The notes below the pieces were generated by a model, which saw only the letters and a program-made list of their open reading frames with translations, did not search any database and was not told the origin of the DNA. Below are positions 42,441 through 53,600 of a stretch of 64,000 nucleotides of DNA, in pieces. The position numbers were made by a program, and so were the translations under genes. Where the stretch lies: assembly GCF_001194135.2 (NCBI RefSeq), contig NC_068983.1:73065967-73129966 (forward strand), written 5' to 3'. The DNA comes from Octopus bimaculoides (lineage: Eukaryota). How positions within the stretch are numbered: the stretch's first letter is position 1; the number at the start of each line of letters is the position of its first letter.

Positions 42441-42825
42441 AACAACAAATAAAAAACACTGGAAAAAATTGATCATGACGGGAACCACGCCCTCTCCGTT
42501 TTCTAACAAAATAAAATCCGGTCAAAGTATTGAAAACATATGAAAACAAAACTGAAGCGAATGTTGAATAAATTTATTTTCTTTCCTAAATAAAACATAA
42601 TACTGAGGTGTTGGTTTGTAAACTATATCCTATATACCACTAGACAGTTACGGTAGTTGTAAAGTCGTTCGCAAGTATGTTAAAATACCATAGATGGGGA
42701 ACGATTTCCTAGTTAAAGACTTGGTCTTACTCCGAATATAAAGTATGGATGCTATATTGGTTTATAGAAGAATTGCTCCTAATTTCTTAACAGAGGAAAT
42801 GTGAAGTGGTAAATCAGCAACTTAC

Positions 42826-42869
42826 CCGGTGCCATTGTCAATGACAACGGCAGGCAATCGGCCAGACAT
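42826..42869 (-). CDS. ACTR3: Actin-related protein 3, first coding exon
   Basis: The reverse complement reads ATG TCT GGC CGA TTG CCT GCC GTT GTC ATT GAC AAT GGC ACC GG|gtaagt = MSGRLPAVVIDNGTG. This matches the Arp3 N-terminus (human MAGRLPACVVDCGTG). The donor is a perfect consensus, and the 44-nt phase-2 exon matches my recollection of the vertebrate ACTR3 first coding exon. Confidence 0.93.
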
Positions 42870-43110
42870 CGCTCTCGTTTGTGTTAGAAATATCGACGCC
42901 TATCAGCTTACTCTCTTTACTGAATAGCTGTTGAGAGAGTAGAATCTGTACAAAGAGAACGTACACGCTTCAAGCAGACACGTTAAGGTCTCAGACTTGC
43001 ACGTCAAATCGAATGTCAGTGAACAGCTTCAAAAGAACCGACTGTGCTGTGTGTGTGTGTATGAGGAGGAAACAACGCTACCAGGTGTTATAGCAAGATG
43101 GCGGCTACTG
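42870..43110. promoter_or_regulatory. Putative bidirectional promoter and 5'UTRs between Arp3 (-) and a divergent gene (+)
   Basis: Divergent ATGs are about 240 bp apart. The region is locally CpG-rich against a CpG-poor background and carries a YY1-type AAGATGGCGG motif at 43095-43104. Confidence 0.6.
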
Positions 43111-43170
43111 ATGGGACAGCCTCAGTCTGGTGGCATAAACGAACATAATCAGCCGCTTGTTCGTATTCCG
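43111..43170 (+). CDS. Candidate first coding exon of an unidentified gene (MGQPQSGGINEHNQPLVRIP)
   Basis: First in-frame ATG of a non-repetitive open frame, 20 codons, followed by CCG|gtagga (a moderate donor). It has an MGxxxS N-myristoylation-like start. No downstream exon was recognised, and it could instead be a 5'UTR exon. Confidence 0.4.
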
Positions 43171-44030
43171 GTAGGATTGCTCTCCCCTCCTTACAACTAG
43201 AGAGGAAGATAAATCTGCTTAAAAGAGAAAGAGAGAGAGAAACAGATAAAGAAAGAAATAAACAGAGACGGGAATTTTATTTTTCAAAGAGTGAAGGCAA
43301 TAAGTTGGAGAGAAACAAAAACAAATAGAAAAAAAAGTGGTGAGAAGGAATAAGAGGGAATGTATGTGAAAGATTACTTATCAGAGTAGATAGGAAAAAA
43401 GTAGAAATGATGAAAAAGTTAACTGGAGTTAGAGAGAGTAAGAGAAAAAGATAAGCGACAGATTGATGAGACAAAGAGAGAGAAATGAGAAGTTAAGTGA
43501 TAGACAAAGTTGTACAGAGTGGTGGGAGAAAGAGTGAGAGTGAGGGACTGAGATAGGAAAGATGAATAGTAAAAAAAGGGTGTGTTATATGAGAAAATGT
43601 GAGAAATGAACAGAAAAACCAGATAAGTTGTGAGACGGGGAGGGGAAAGAAAAGGCGAAGATAAATAATCTTTCANNNNNNNNNNNNNNNNNNNNNNNNN
43701 NNNNNNNNNNNNNNNNNNNNNNNNNNNNNNNNNNNNNNNNNNNNNNNNNNNNNNNNNNNNNNNNNNNNNNNNNNNNNNNNNNNNNNNNNNNNNNNNNNNN
43801 NNNNNNNNNNNNNNNNNNNNNNNNNNNNNNNNNNNNNNNNNNNNNNNNNNNNNNNNNNNNNNNNNNNNNNNNNNNNNNNNNNNNNNNNNNNNNNNNNNNN
43901 NNNNNNNNNNNNNNNNNNNNNNNNNNNNNNNNNNNNNNNNNNNNNNNNNNNNNNNNNNNNNNNNNNNNNNNNNNNNNNNNNNNNNNNNNNNNNNNNNNNN
44001 NNNNNNNNNNNNNNNNNNNNNNNNNNNNNN

Positions 44031-44067
44031 ATACATACATACATACATACATACATACATACATACA

Positions 44068-44099
<32 letters not shown>

Positions 44100-44127
44100 G
44101 ATAGATAGATAGATGGATAGACAGACT

Positions 44128-44185
<58 letters not shown>

Positions 44186-44190
44186 AAGAG
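44031..44190. repeat. (ATAC)n-(ATAG)n-(ACAG)n microsatellite next to a gap
   Basis: Directly visible. Confidence 0.95.
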
Positions 44191-45034
44191 ACTAAGGCAA
44201 AGTTAGACTAGATGAGAGAGAGTGTAAGATGAAGTATGTTTCCAGAACTCTTCAAATCTTATCACGTCTCAAGTCAATTTTCACATTCTTATCTTGGTCT
44301 GTTGATTTTGATAGTAATGTAATAATTTTGAATAGCCTTATTGTTTCAAACATAGAAATGATAAAAATAAATAGATTAAAAAATAAGGTGAAATAAAGAA
44401 TAGAAGAAATGAGTAAGTATAATTAAACTAGAACATGTTCAGAGCTGTTTAGGTTTCCCTCTTGCAAGTTATCTTGCTTCAAATGATCAATGTGATATAG
44501 TGTCCAACACAAAGGATTACTGTACTCATCCATCTTGTAGCCAATGAAATACAGAAACTATCTTTAATCCAATAGTGATTATTGTTGTTGCTATAGAGGG
44601 GAAGGTTGTCGTTTATCTTCAAGTTAGCCCCGCTCAAGGTATTTTAAGTATTCTAAACATGACCAGATGTCTTTGATTCAATAATTACTGTGTTTTCATC
44701 TACAGTATTCAATGTGTCCTCTCATTTACTGAAAACAGTAGGATGCAATATGAGGGAGATTTAGCTACTACTTCTTACAAAGCGTCCTTCATTGCCTTGT
44801 AAAAATTAGATACTAGTTGAGAAGCAGGCAGCATGAGACATAGCTCAACATCCAGCAAGCCACACTACTAAAAACATTTTAATAAACATTATTTTTCAAG
44901 TGAAATTAGGCATGCCATTCAGGAATTTCCATAGGCCACAGGTCATCCATAACTGGTTTACATAGAGATACATATAAAAAAAAAAAAAATTATGTTTGTA
45001 GATGAAAAGGAAATCGACTGTATTAATGTATTAT

Positions 45035-45221
45035 CCTTTAGCATTTAAACCAGCTTTACCTGGCCCAACTACTCTACTGGTTTCATGTTCAAACCAGCCA
45101 CATCTGGCCTCTCACACCTACCCTACAATGTCATTCAAAAATATACAAACACATCATCAAAAATTTCAATACTGAGATAGAGGATGATTAATTCAAATCA
45201 ATATGAATAAACAAGTACAAC
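45035..45221. mobile_element. piggyBac-like TTAA MITE copy, right end in gap
   Basis: cctttagcatttaaacc...ctggcctctcacacctaccctacaatgtcattc. Confidence 0.65.
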
Positions 45222-45361
45222 NNNNNNNNNNNNNNNNNNNNNNNNNNNNNNNNNNNNNNNNNNNNNNNNNNNNNNNNNNNNNNNNNNNNNNNNNNNNNNN
45301 NNNNNNNNNNNNNNNNNNNNNNNNNNNNNNNNNNNNNNAAAAAAAAAAAAAACGAATTACA

Positions 45362-45760
45362 GATGAGGTCGTTGTTGTTGTTGGCACTCCGTCGCTTACG
45401 ACGTCGAGGGTTCCAGTTGATCCGATCAACGGAACAGCCTGCTTGTGAAATTAACGTGCAAGTGGCTGAGCACTCCACAGACACGTGTACCCTTAACGTA
45501 GTTCTCGGGGATATTCAGCGTGACACAGTGTGACAAGGCTGACCCTTTGAATTACAGGCACAACAGAAACAGGAAATATGAGTGAGAGAAAGTTGTGGTG
45601 AAAGAGTACAGCAGGGTTCGTCACCATCCCCTGCCGGAGCCTCGTGGAGCTTTAGGTGTTTTCGCTCAATAAACACTCACAACGCCCAGTCTGGGAATCG
45701 AAACTATGATCCTATGACCGTGAGTCCATTGCCCTAACCACTGGGCCATTGTGCCTCCAC
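45362..45760 (-). mobile_element. tRNA-derived SINE family F, young copy
   Basis: Minus-strand head gaggcacaatggcccagtggttagggcaatggactcacggtcataggatcatagtttcgattcccagactgggcgttgtgagtg. CpG-rich body. Confidence 0.85.
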
Positions 45761-48700
45761 TACAGTAATGTGACTGAGAGAAAATATCTCAACAACTACA
45801 GTAGAGTATTACATATGTAATGCAGAGAACTGAAAAACTTTAACTTACTGAGATTATCTAAGCAATTAGTGGACAAAAACTCCTTCTATGAACATTTGAA
45901 ATATAAAAAACAAGCAAGCAAGGAGATAATTGCAATAAGATCATCATGCTCATCGTTTTAATAACCACTTTTCCATGCTTACTGGGTAAGATGGAAATTA
46001 AATGAGACAAACTTTCTTTGGTTGAATGTCCTTCCTGTTGCCAACCTGTTTCCAAGTAAGGCCACTTTTTTCCCCCATGGCTGGACATGTTTTTCATGGG
46101 AGATTGGAAACAAAGAACAGCGCTTGAATGATGGTCGCACTTGTTTACAACACTCATATAATGTCAAGACAAGGTGACACCAACTCACGCATAGGCAAAC
46201 ACACACATGCACACACACATACATACAAAAAAATATGAATGACAAACTTATTTCAGTCTCCATCCACTCACAAGTCTTTGGTCAACCTAAGGCTATAGTA
46301 GAAGACACTTGCTCAAGGTGCCACACAGTATGACTGAACCTGGAACCAAATCATTGAGAAGCAAGATTTTTAACCATGCTGTCATGCATGCTGTGTGGTG
46401 TCTATCAATTGACAGAAATTTTTGGACAATATAACCAAAGTTGACTGGAATGGATTTGATTTTTAAAGCTGACTGATCTTATTGGACCTCATCAGTTTGC
46501 AGTATATTTTACTCAGTAACACTAAGTAAAAAGAAATAGAAAGAATGTAATAACACTGATTATAAACATCAATAATATAGCTGAGGTGAAATATTTCAGG
46601 TGAGCTTTCTTTATACATGTGAAAGGCCTGCAAGAGTCACAGCCATTTTTCTTCTTAACTAAAGAAATAAGATGGTTGCTTGACCTCCCAGAAATAGCAG
46701 TCGAATCTTTCTCAAATTACACTATAATTGTTAATGAATTATAGATACACAATGACCAAAGAAATGACAGAAGGGTCCAAACTGGAATGTCTGACAATAG
46801 GTTTGCTCAGCCACGGGTGACCAGGGACTAAACAGTAACAACTACCATAAAAAAAACTTTACAGTGGACACAGTACAACCAGGCTCCCAAAGGGTACTAC
46901 CACCCTCTAGGTGTCAATACTGGTATTAGTTTTAAAGGTGATTATAAAGGAACACATTTTCCAGAGCTCATGGGACTTATTATTCTTTTGAAATTACCAT
47001 CAGCTTTGGTTTTTCATCCTTCTGGATATTGGTAAAATAAGTACCAGTCATGTACCAGAGTCATTTTTTTCAACTATAAAAGGACAGTAGTCTGAAAGAT
47101 TTGAAGAAATTGAATCAGTTAAATGCTCCAATTTTCCAGAGCTTGGGCGATATGGACACTGCAGAAGTAAGAACGTCTATCTTGGACACTGTAAAATGGT
47201 CATGATCACATGAGTTACCCTATGAAGACATACATTGATCAAGTAGTGGTGGAATATGGACGTCAACAAGAGACACTATCACATACTTTGGAAGACAGTG
47301 ATGGGTAAAGGATCAGGATCATGCATCTGAGCAAACTCTACATCATGGTGGTGGCGGTGGTGCTGCTGGTACTGCTGCTGCTGCTGCTTCTGCCACCGCC
47401 ACTACCACCACCACCACTGCTGCTGCTGAGTGAATCAATCTTAGCAGTGTAATCAAAATCTTCTTTATTACATACTGACATGTTCAGATGAGTGTCCTCA
47501 TAACAACTATTATAGTCCCAACAATTTTGCCTTTGTACTCTTTGGTCTTTATCAGGCACCTCCCATATTTGGTAATGTTCTTGAAATTTTGAACCCAACC
47601 CTCTATTAAACCTATGAGACTAGATTGTTTTCATTCTATTTTCCATATTAAAGATAATCTCTCATTAGTTTTTTCTCATAGCTGTAGTATTACTTACTAT
47701 TTCTGCTTGAACTAGAGTATATATTGTTCACTGACCTAGGAAATGAGAACAATATACTCCAGTTGATTTAAAATTCCAAGAATATTACGAAATATAACAT
47801 GAACCTGAAAAAGGCCCATGAATATAACAGTCATGACAATATCACTATAACAATGAAAACAAGGATACTAGTTCAAATACGTCATTATAACAATGTTTAT
47901 ATTTCAAGTATGAAATATAGACTAAATTTATCAAAATCCTCTTGCTTAACATATTTTTAAAAACAGCTCAGCATATATGTTGAGTTATGGTTCAAACTTA
48001 AAAAGATAGATTCAAGCAATATGATCAAACTCATGATGATGAGCCCTGAAAGGGCTCTAAGACTGGTGGTATTCTCAAATCAGAAACATATCCTGAGTCC
48101 TTACAACCAAGTAGACTCCACTAAAGGCACCCAAGGTGTCAGCAGGTAGTATCAAAACAAGGTAACAGATTAGGCCTACCTTTCATGTAGGCTAGGGCAG
48201 GATTTGAACTCAAAACACAGAGCTAGAATAATCACTGCAAAGCATCTGGTCAGAAGTTATTCCAGTTCTACAGATCCACCAATCTGGATTGGTTAGTATT
48301 TTATTGACCCCACAAAGTAAACGTGACATCGGTGGGATCTGAACTCAGAATAGTGAGTTCAGAACAAACACAAAACATTCTATCCAATGCTCCAATGACT
48401 CAACTAATTTGCCACACGTATAAGTAGATTGAATGAGTCTGCATTAGAGTAACATTCCATGCAGTTTAATATTCTGAGATCTGCTGCAGCCACTTTAAAC
48501 GACATGGGTTGAGTGAAGACTTGAGTTGGTGATTGGAAGGGCAGCTGACTGTAAAATAAGACCTCAATACATACATACAGATATATATATATATATATAT
48601 ATATATTATTCAAAATGTACAGTATTATATACCCATCATGGCTGATCTTACATTTCAGTTTCGTGCTAGGAATACAATGGAGTGTTAGGTAAGGTAACAA

Positions 48701-48903
48701 TCCGACTATGTAACCTTACACTCATCAGAGTTAGCCAATATGGAATGGAATATGGAGACTAGCACGAAATGGATTGGTAATATCAGCTGTGATGGATATA
48801 TAATACTGTACATTTCGGATGATATACCCACTCTATTCATAAATGTACAAGTGCATCTTTTCCCTGACTTATGGACTCTTAGATGAATCATATGTGTAAG
48901 TGT

Positions 48904-48948
<45 letters not shown>

Positions 48949-49132
48949 NNNNNNNNNNNNNNNNNNNNNNNNNNNNNNNNNNNNNNNNNNNNNNNNNNNN
49001 NNNNNNNNNNNNNNNNNNNNNNNNNNNNNNNNNNNNNNNNNNNNNNNNNNNNNNNNNNNNNNNNNNNNNNNNNNNNNNNNNNNNNNNNNNNNNNNNNNNN
49101 NNNNNNNNNNNNNNNNNNNNNNNNNNNNNNNN

Positions 49133-49250
49133 GGTGGTGGTGCTGGTGGTGCTGGTGGCGGTGGTGGTGCTGGTGGTGCTGGTTCTGGTGCTGGTGCTGG
49201 TGGTGCTGGTGCTGGTGTTGGTGTTGGTGGTGGTGCTGCTGCTGCTGGTG
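49133..49250. repeat. (GGT/GCT)n microsatellite next to a gap
   Basis: Directly visible. Confidence 0.9.
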
Positions 49251-49833
49251 TGTATGATGGTCTCTTCTGCTAATTTCAATTTGTAAGCATCCAGTTGTTC
49301 AATCAACTGAACAATCTACTTATTGACTTAGCATGTGAAGTGGCTGCATATTCCTTAGACATATGTACCCATTATGTGACAAAACTGGAGGTTTGAATTA
49401 CAGATGCAGTCCACTCGGTGGACATTTATACAGTTCCTGTCTACTCACTTTCTCATCCCTTCTACCATCCTCTCATCCAAATCACTCTGTTTCTGCCACC
49501 ACACTTTTACTCTTCTCTCCCATCCATTCCAGTCCTTCTATCATTGCAGTCTCTTCCATTCATTTCGTCAGCCCCAAAGCACTGAGCAAACACATCATAA
49601 AGTGGTGAGGGCTCTCTAGTCTTACAGCGTACATGGAAATCTCACATGTATTGGTGCCACTATAAATTCATGCAGGACACTGTAAAATGATTGGTGAACA
49701 AAGACATGGGGTTGAGAAGACCCTTTACTACTGAAGAGGATATGGCAACTTCTCTATAAATGGTGCCATGATAAAATGCATCCAGTACACACTATAAAGT
49801 GCAGGATCAAGAGCATCCTTTAATTTTCTAAAG

Positions 49834-50215
49834 CAAGGGCCCCCAACCACTGGGTCACAGACCAGTACTAAGCTGTAGATCATTTGGTACTGGGCCACAC
49901 AGAAAGAATAAAGTTTTTAATTTAATTTCTATTTTATTGACTATTGCAGTCTGTAGGGTGTTTTGCATTATGTATGTATTGTATACTCTTTTTACTCTCT
50001 TTACTCTTTTACTTGTTTCAGTCATTTGACTGTGGCCNNNNNNNNNNNNNNNNNNNNNNNNNNNNNNNNNNNNNNNNNNNNNNNNNNNNNNNNNNNNNNN
50101 NNNNNNNNNNNNNNNNNNNNNNNNNNNNNNNNNNNNNNNNNNNNNNNNNNNNNNNNNNNNNNNNNNNNNNNNNNNNNNNNNNNNNNNNNNNNNNNNNNNN
50201 NNNNNNNNNNNNNNN

Positions 50216-50256
<41 letters not shown>

Positions 50257-50378
50257 TCCTGCGCCTATTATAAGCAATATGTATGTATTATATACGTAGT
50301 AATTAAATTACATATTATGCACTTTATTGTGTCTTGTTATGCATGTGATCCCCTGGTCCATGAAAAAATTGTCTTGCA
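49834..50378 (+). mobile_element. hAT-Charlie MITE relic (MER1-like), interrupted by a SINE tail, a gap and (TA)n
   Basis: Left end caagggcccccaaccactgggtcacagaccagtac...actgggccacacag and distal ctggtccatgaaaaaattgtcttgca. Both resemble my recollection of MER1/Charlie3 ends. Confidence 0.55.
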
Positions 50379-50470
50379 GCGTGGATGGATGGATGGACGG
50401 ATGGACGGACGGACGGACGGACGGAAGGATGGACGGACGGATGGATGGATGGATGGACGGACGTATGGAT

Positions 50471-51995
50471 GGATGGATATATGAGTAATGTTTAACATAT
50501 AGCTTCCATATTAGGACACTCTTCTTATCAGTTCTCAACAGGATATCACAGTAATTTCAGCATCTTCTTCCAGTATCACATTCAAGTAATACCAAGCAGC
50601 AATTGATGCTGCTAGGGAATGTCCAAATTCTTTTAGTCCTCACTAACACACTTGTTTTCCTATGTCATTCATGCAGCAACCACAATAAACTAGATGATGT
50701 TGTAACCACTCCAACTATGGGTCAGCTATTTGGTTTTACAACCGTGCTGCAAACAAGATAGGAGACCACCGTTCTAAAAGACATGAGAACTTCTTTAATG
50801 CCTACATATCACAATAAAATGTACCCAGTACACTCTTGAATTGGTTGGTGTTAGGAATAACATCCAGCCATAGAAACCAAGCCAAAAATGAAATATACAA
50901 GCATCATGCAGTTGTCTGATATGCCTAGGAGAATGAATAAAAGCTCACTCAGACTTTGATGACCAATCCAACCCATACCAACATGGAAAACACTGGTGGA
51001 TTTGAATGGAACACCTTGTATTGCAATAATAAACCAATGCCCTGATCTTATGACTTTATTTGACTTGACACAAAACATTCTTATTGTAGAGTTATAACTG
51101 TGTAATATGGAGTGGGAAGAGTTTAAAATATGAAGGCCTCAGAGATTATATGCAGTATGAGGATGGCTGTGTATAGAGCTTCCAGTAGAGATGGGATGTC
51201 AAGGGTTTGTAGCTGGATCCACTGTGTCCTACTTGGCTGTTATTGGAGTTTGGAATACAGCAGAACAGAGGGGGAGGGGGAGAAGGAGGAAGAGNNNNNN
51301 NNNNNNNNNNNNNNNNNNNNNNNNNNNNNNNNNNNNNNNNNNNNNNNNNNNNNNNNNNNNNNNNNNNNNNNNNNNNNNNNNNNNNNNNNNNNNNNNNNNN
51401 NNNNNNNNNNNNNNNNNNNNNNNNNNNNNNNNNNNNNNNNNNNNNNNNNNNNNNNNNNNNNNNNNNNNNNNNNNNNNNNNNNNNNNNNNNNNNNNNNNNN
51501 NNNNNNNNNAGAGGGGGAGAGAGGGAGGGAGGGAGAGAGAAAGAGGGAGGGAGGGAGAGAGAAAGAGGGAGGGAGAGAGAAAGAGGGAGGGAGAGAGAAA
51601 GAGGGAGGGAGAGAGAGAGAGAAACAGACAGATAGACAGACAGAAAATAGAAAATTATTTGTCATGGATAAGATGAGTGTAAGAGCAAAGAACAAATCCT
51701 CAGCAAGTTGTAAAACCAAATAGCTAACCCATAACTGGAGTGGTTACGAGTTCATTTAGTTTATTGTGGTGGTTGCATGAATGACATAGGAAAACAAGTG
51801 TGTTAGTGAGGACTAGAAGAATCTGGACATTCCCTGGTAGCATCAATTACTGCTGGGTATTACTTGAATGTAATACTGAAAGAAATTGCTGAAATTATTG
51901 ATGCCCTGTTGAGAGCTGATATGAGCGTCCTACTGTGGAAGCTATATGTTAAACATTACTCATATATCCATCTATCTATCCATCCATCCATCCAT
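50471..51995. repeat. Inverted repeat pair of about 270-290 bp
   Basis: 50471-50742 is the reverse complement of about 51701-51995 (roughly 85-90% identity by eye), including the outer (GGAT)n/(ATCC)n tracts. Confidence 0.85.
51510..51645. repeat. GA-rich tandem repeat (gagggagggagagagaaa)n
   Basis: Directly visible; adjoins a gap. Confidence 0.9.
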
Positions 51996-52046
51996 ACATG
52001 CATGCATGCATACATACATACATACATACTTACAGGCATATGTATA

Positions 52047-52259
52047 TGAGTGGGTGCTGAAAAGTTTCTGGCTTTAAGGGTAACATGAAAGGCCTTGTTG
52101 GAGGCTCAACCTTCTGCATTCTTTTACAGGGCTTAGAAAAACTGAAGGACTGTTGTAATAAGTGCGTGAATCGGAGAGGGGAATATGTTGAATAAAATCG
52201 TAATTAACTGATCCTCCTGTATTTTCTTTTGCCCAAAGCCAAGAACTTTTCAACCCCCC

Positions 52260-52262
<3 letters not shown>
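52047..52262. mobile_element. Mariner-derived MITE
   Basis: TIRs tgagtgggtgctgaaaagtttctggctt / aagccaagaacttttcaacccccccc, flanked by TA. The interior resembles a mariner transposase C-terminal tail. Confidence 0.8.
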
Positions 52263-52297
<35 letters not shown>

Positions 52298-52391
52298 TTT
52301 CTTTTCTATTCTTTTGTTTATTTCTATTCTTTTAACTGCAGCCATGCTGGAGCATCACCTTTTCCTCTTAACACTTACATCTACACACATA

Positions 52392-52665
52392 CGTGGTCTG
52401 ATCAATAAGTATCTGGATTGTTGCCATAGTAACAAAGCTAAAGCAAACAGAGTGAAGCTGCTTGGCACACATTAACCTTGAACTCTGTTGTGCATGTGCA
52501 CTAAATTTTGATGTTGTAACTCACTTCCGCTGTTTACAGCAGTGCTTGGAAGGAAGGTGTGTAGCATGTGATCATTCAAGGTCAGTCTGTGCCAAGTAGC
52601 TTCACTCTGCATACTTTAGCTTCATTACTATGTCAACAGTCCAGATACTTATTGATCAGACCTTG
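52392..52665. mobile_element. Second Tc1/mariner-type MITE
   Basis: About 40-bp TIRs cgtggtctgatcaataagtatctggattgttgccatagtaa / ttactatgtcaacagtccagatacttattgatcagaccttg, with TA on both sides. Confidence 0.8.
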
Positions 52666-52692
52666 TATATATATACACACATGAATACATAC

Positions 52693-52784
52693 AGGCATAT
52701 GGCATAGTGGTTAAGAGCACGGGCTACTAACCCCAAGATTCCGAGTTTGATTTCAGGAAGTGACCTGAATGATAATAATAATAA

Positions 52785-52790
<6 letters not shown>
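52693..52790 (+). mobile_element. Short tRNA-head SINE
   Basis: ggcatatggcatagtggttaagagcacgggctactaaccccaagattccgagtttgatttcagg followed by a (taa)n tail. It does not form a complete cloverleaf. Confidence 0.6.
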
Positions 52791-52827
<37 letters not shown>

Positions 52828-53600
52828 GTTTAACGTCTGCTTTCCATGTTGGCATGGGTTGGACGATTTGACTGAGGACTGGCGAACCAGTTGGCTACAC
52901 CAGGCTCTAATCTGATCTGGCAGAGTTTCTACAACTGGATGCCCTTCCTAATGTCAACCACTCCGAGAGTGCAGTGGGTGCTTTTACATGCCACCAGCAC
53001 GAGGGCCAGTCAAGCGGTACTGGCAACGGCCAAGCTCAAATGGTGTTTTTTACTTGCCACCTGCACAGGAGCCAGTCCAGCGGCACTGGCAATGACCTCG
53101 CTCAAATATTTTTTCACATGCCAGTAAGGCAACGCTGGTAACAATCATGCTCGGATGGTGCTTTTTACATGCCACTGGCACAGAAAGCAGTCAGCTGCTC
53201 TGGCAACGATCACACTCAGTTGGTGCTCTTAGCGCTCCACTAGCACGGATGCCAGTCATCGAATTTGATCTTGATTTCGATTTCACTTGCCTCAACAGGT
53301 TTTTGTAAGCAGAGTTTAGTGTCCAATGAAGGAAAGGTATGCATAAGTCGGCTGGTTACACCCCTGGCATAGGCCACAGGTTATGGCCTCACTTGGCTTG
53401 CCGGGTCTTCTCTAGTACAGCATATTTCCAGAGGTCTCGGTCACTAGTCATTGCTTCGGTGAGGCCTAATGTTTGAGGGTCATGCTTCACCACCTCATCC
53501 TAGGTCTTCCTGGGTCTACCTCTTCCACAGGTTCCCTCAACTGCTAGGGTGTGGCACTTTTTCACACAGCTATCCTCATCCATTCTTGCCACATGACCAT
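52785..53600 (-). mobile_element. RTE LINE 3' end
   Basis: Reverse complement of the 24205-24880 element (cttcctgggtctacctcttccacaggttccc; catcat tail). Confidence 0.85.

Noticed and set aside
48031-48060. Hammerhead-like tgatga-gccc-tgaaa-gggc hairpin; also gaaac...ctgatga at 16930-16990
   Set aside because: The first lacks the GAAA after stem II. The second has no stem I. Neither completes a catalytic core.
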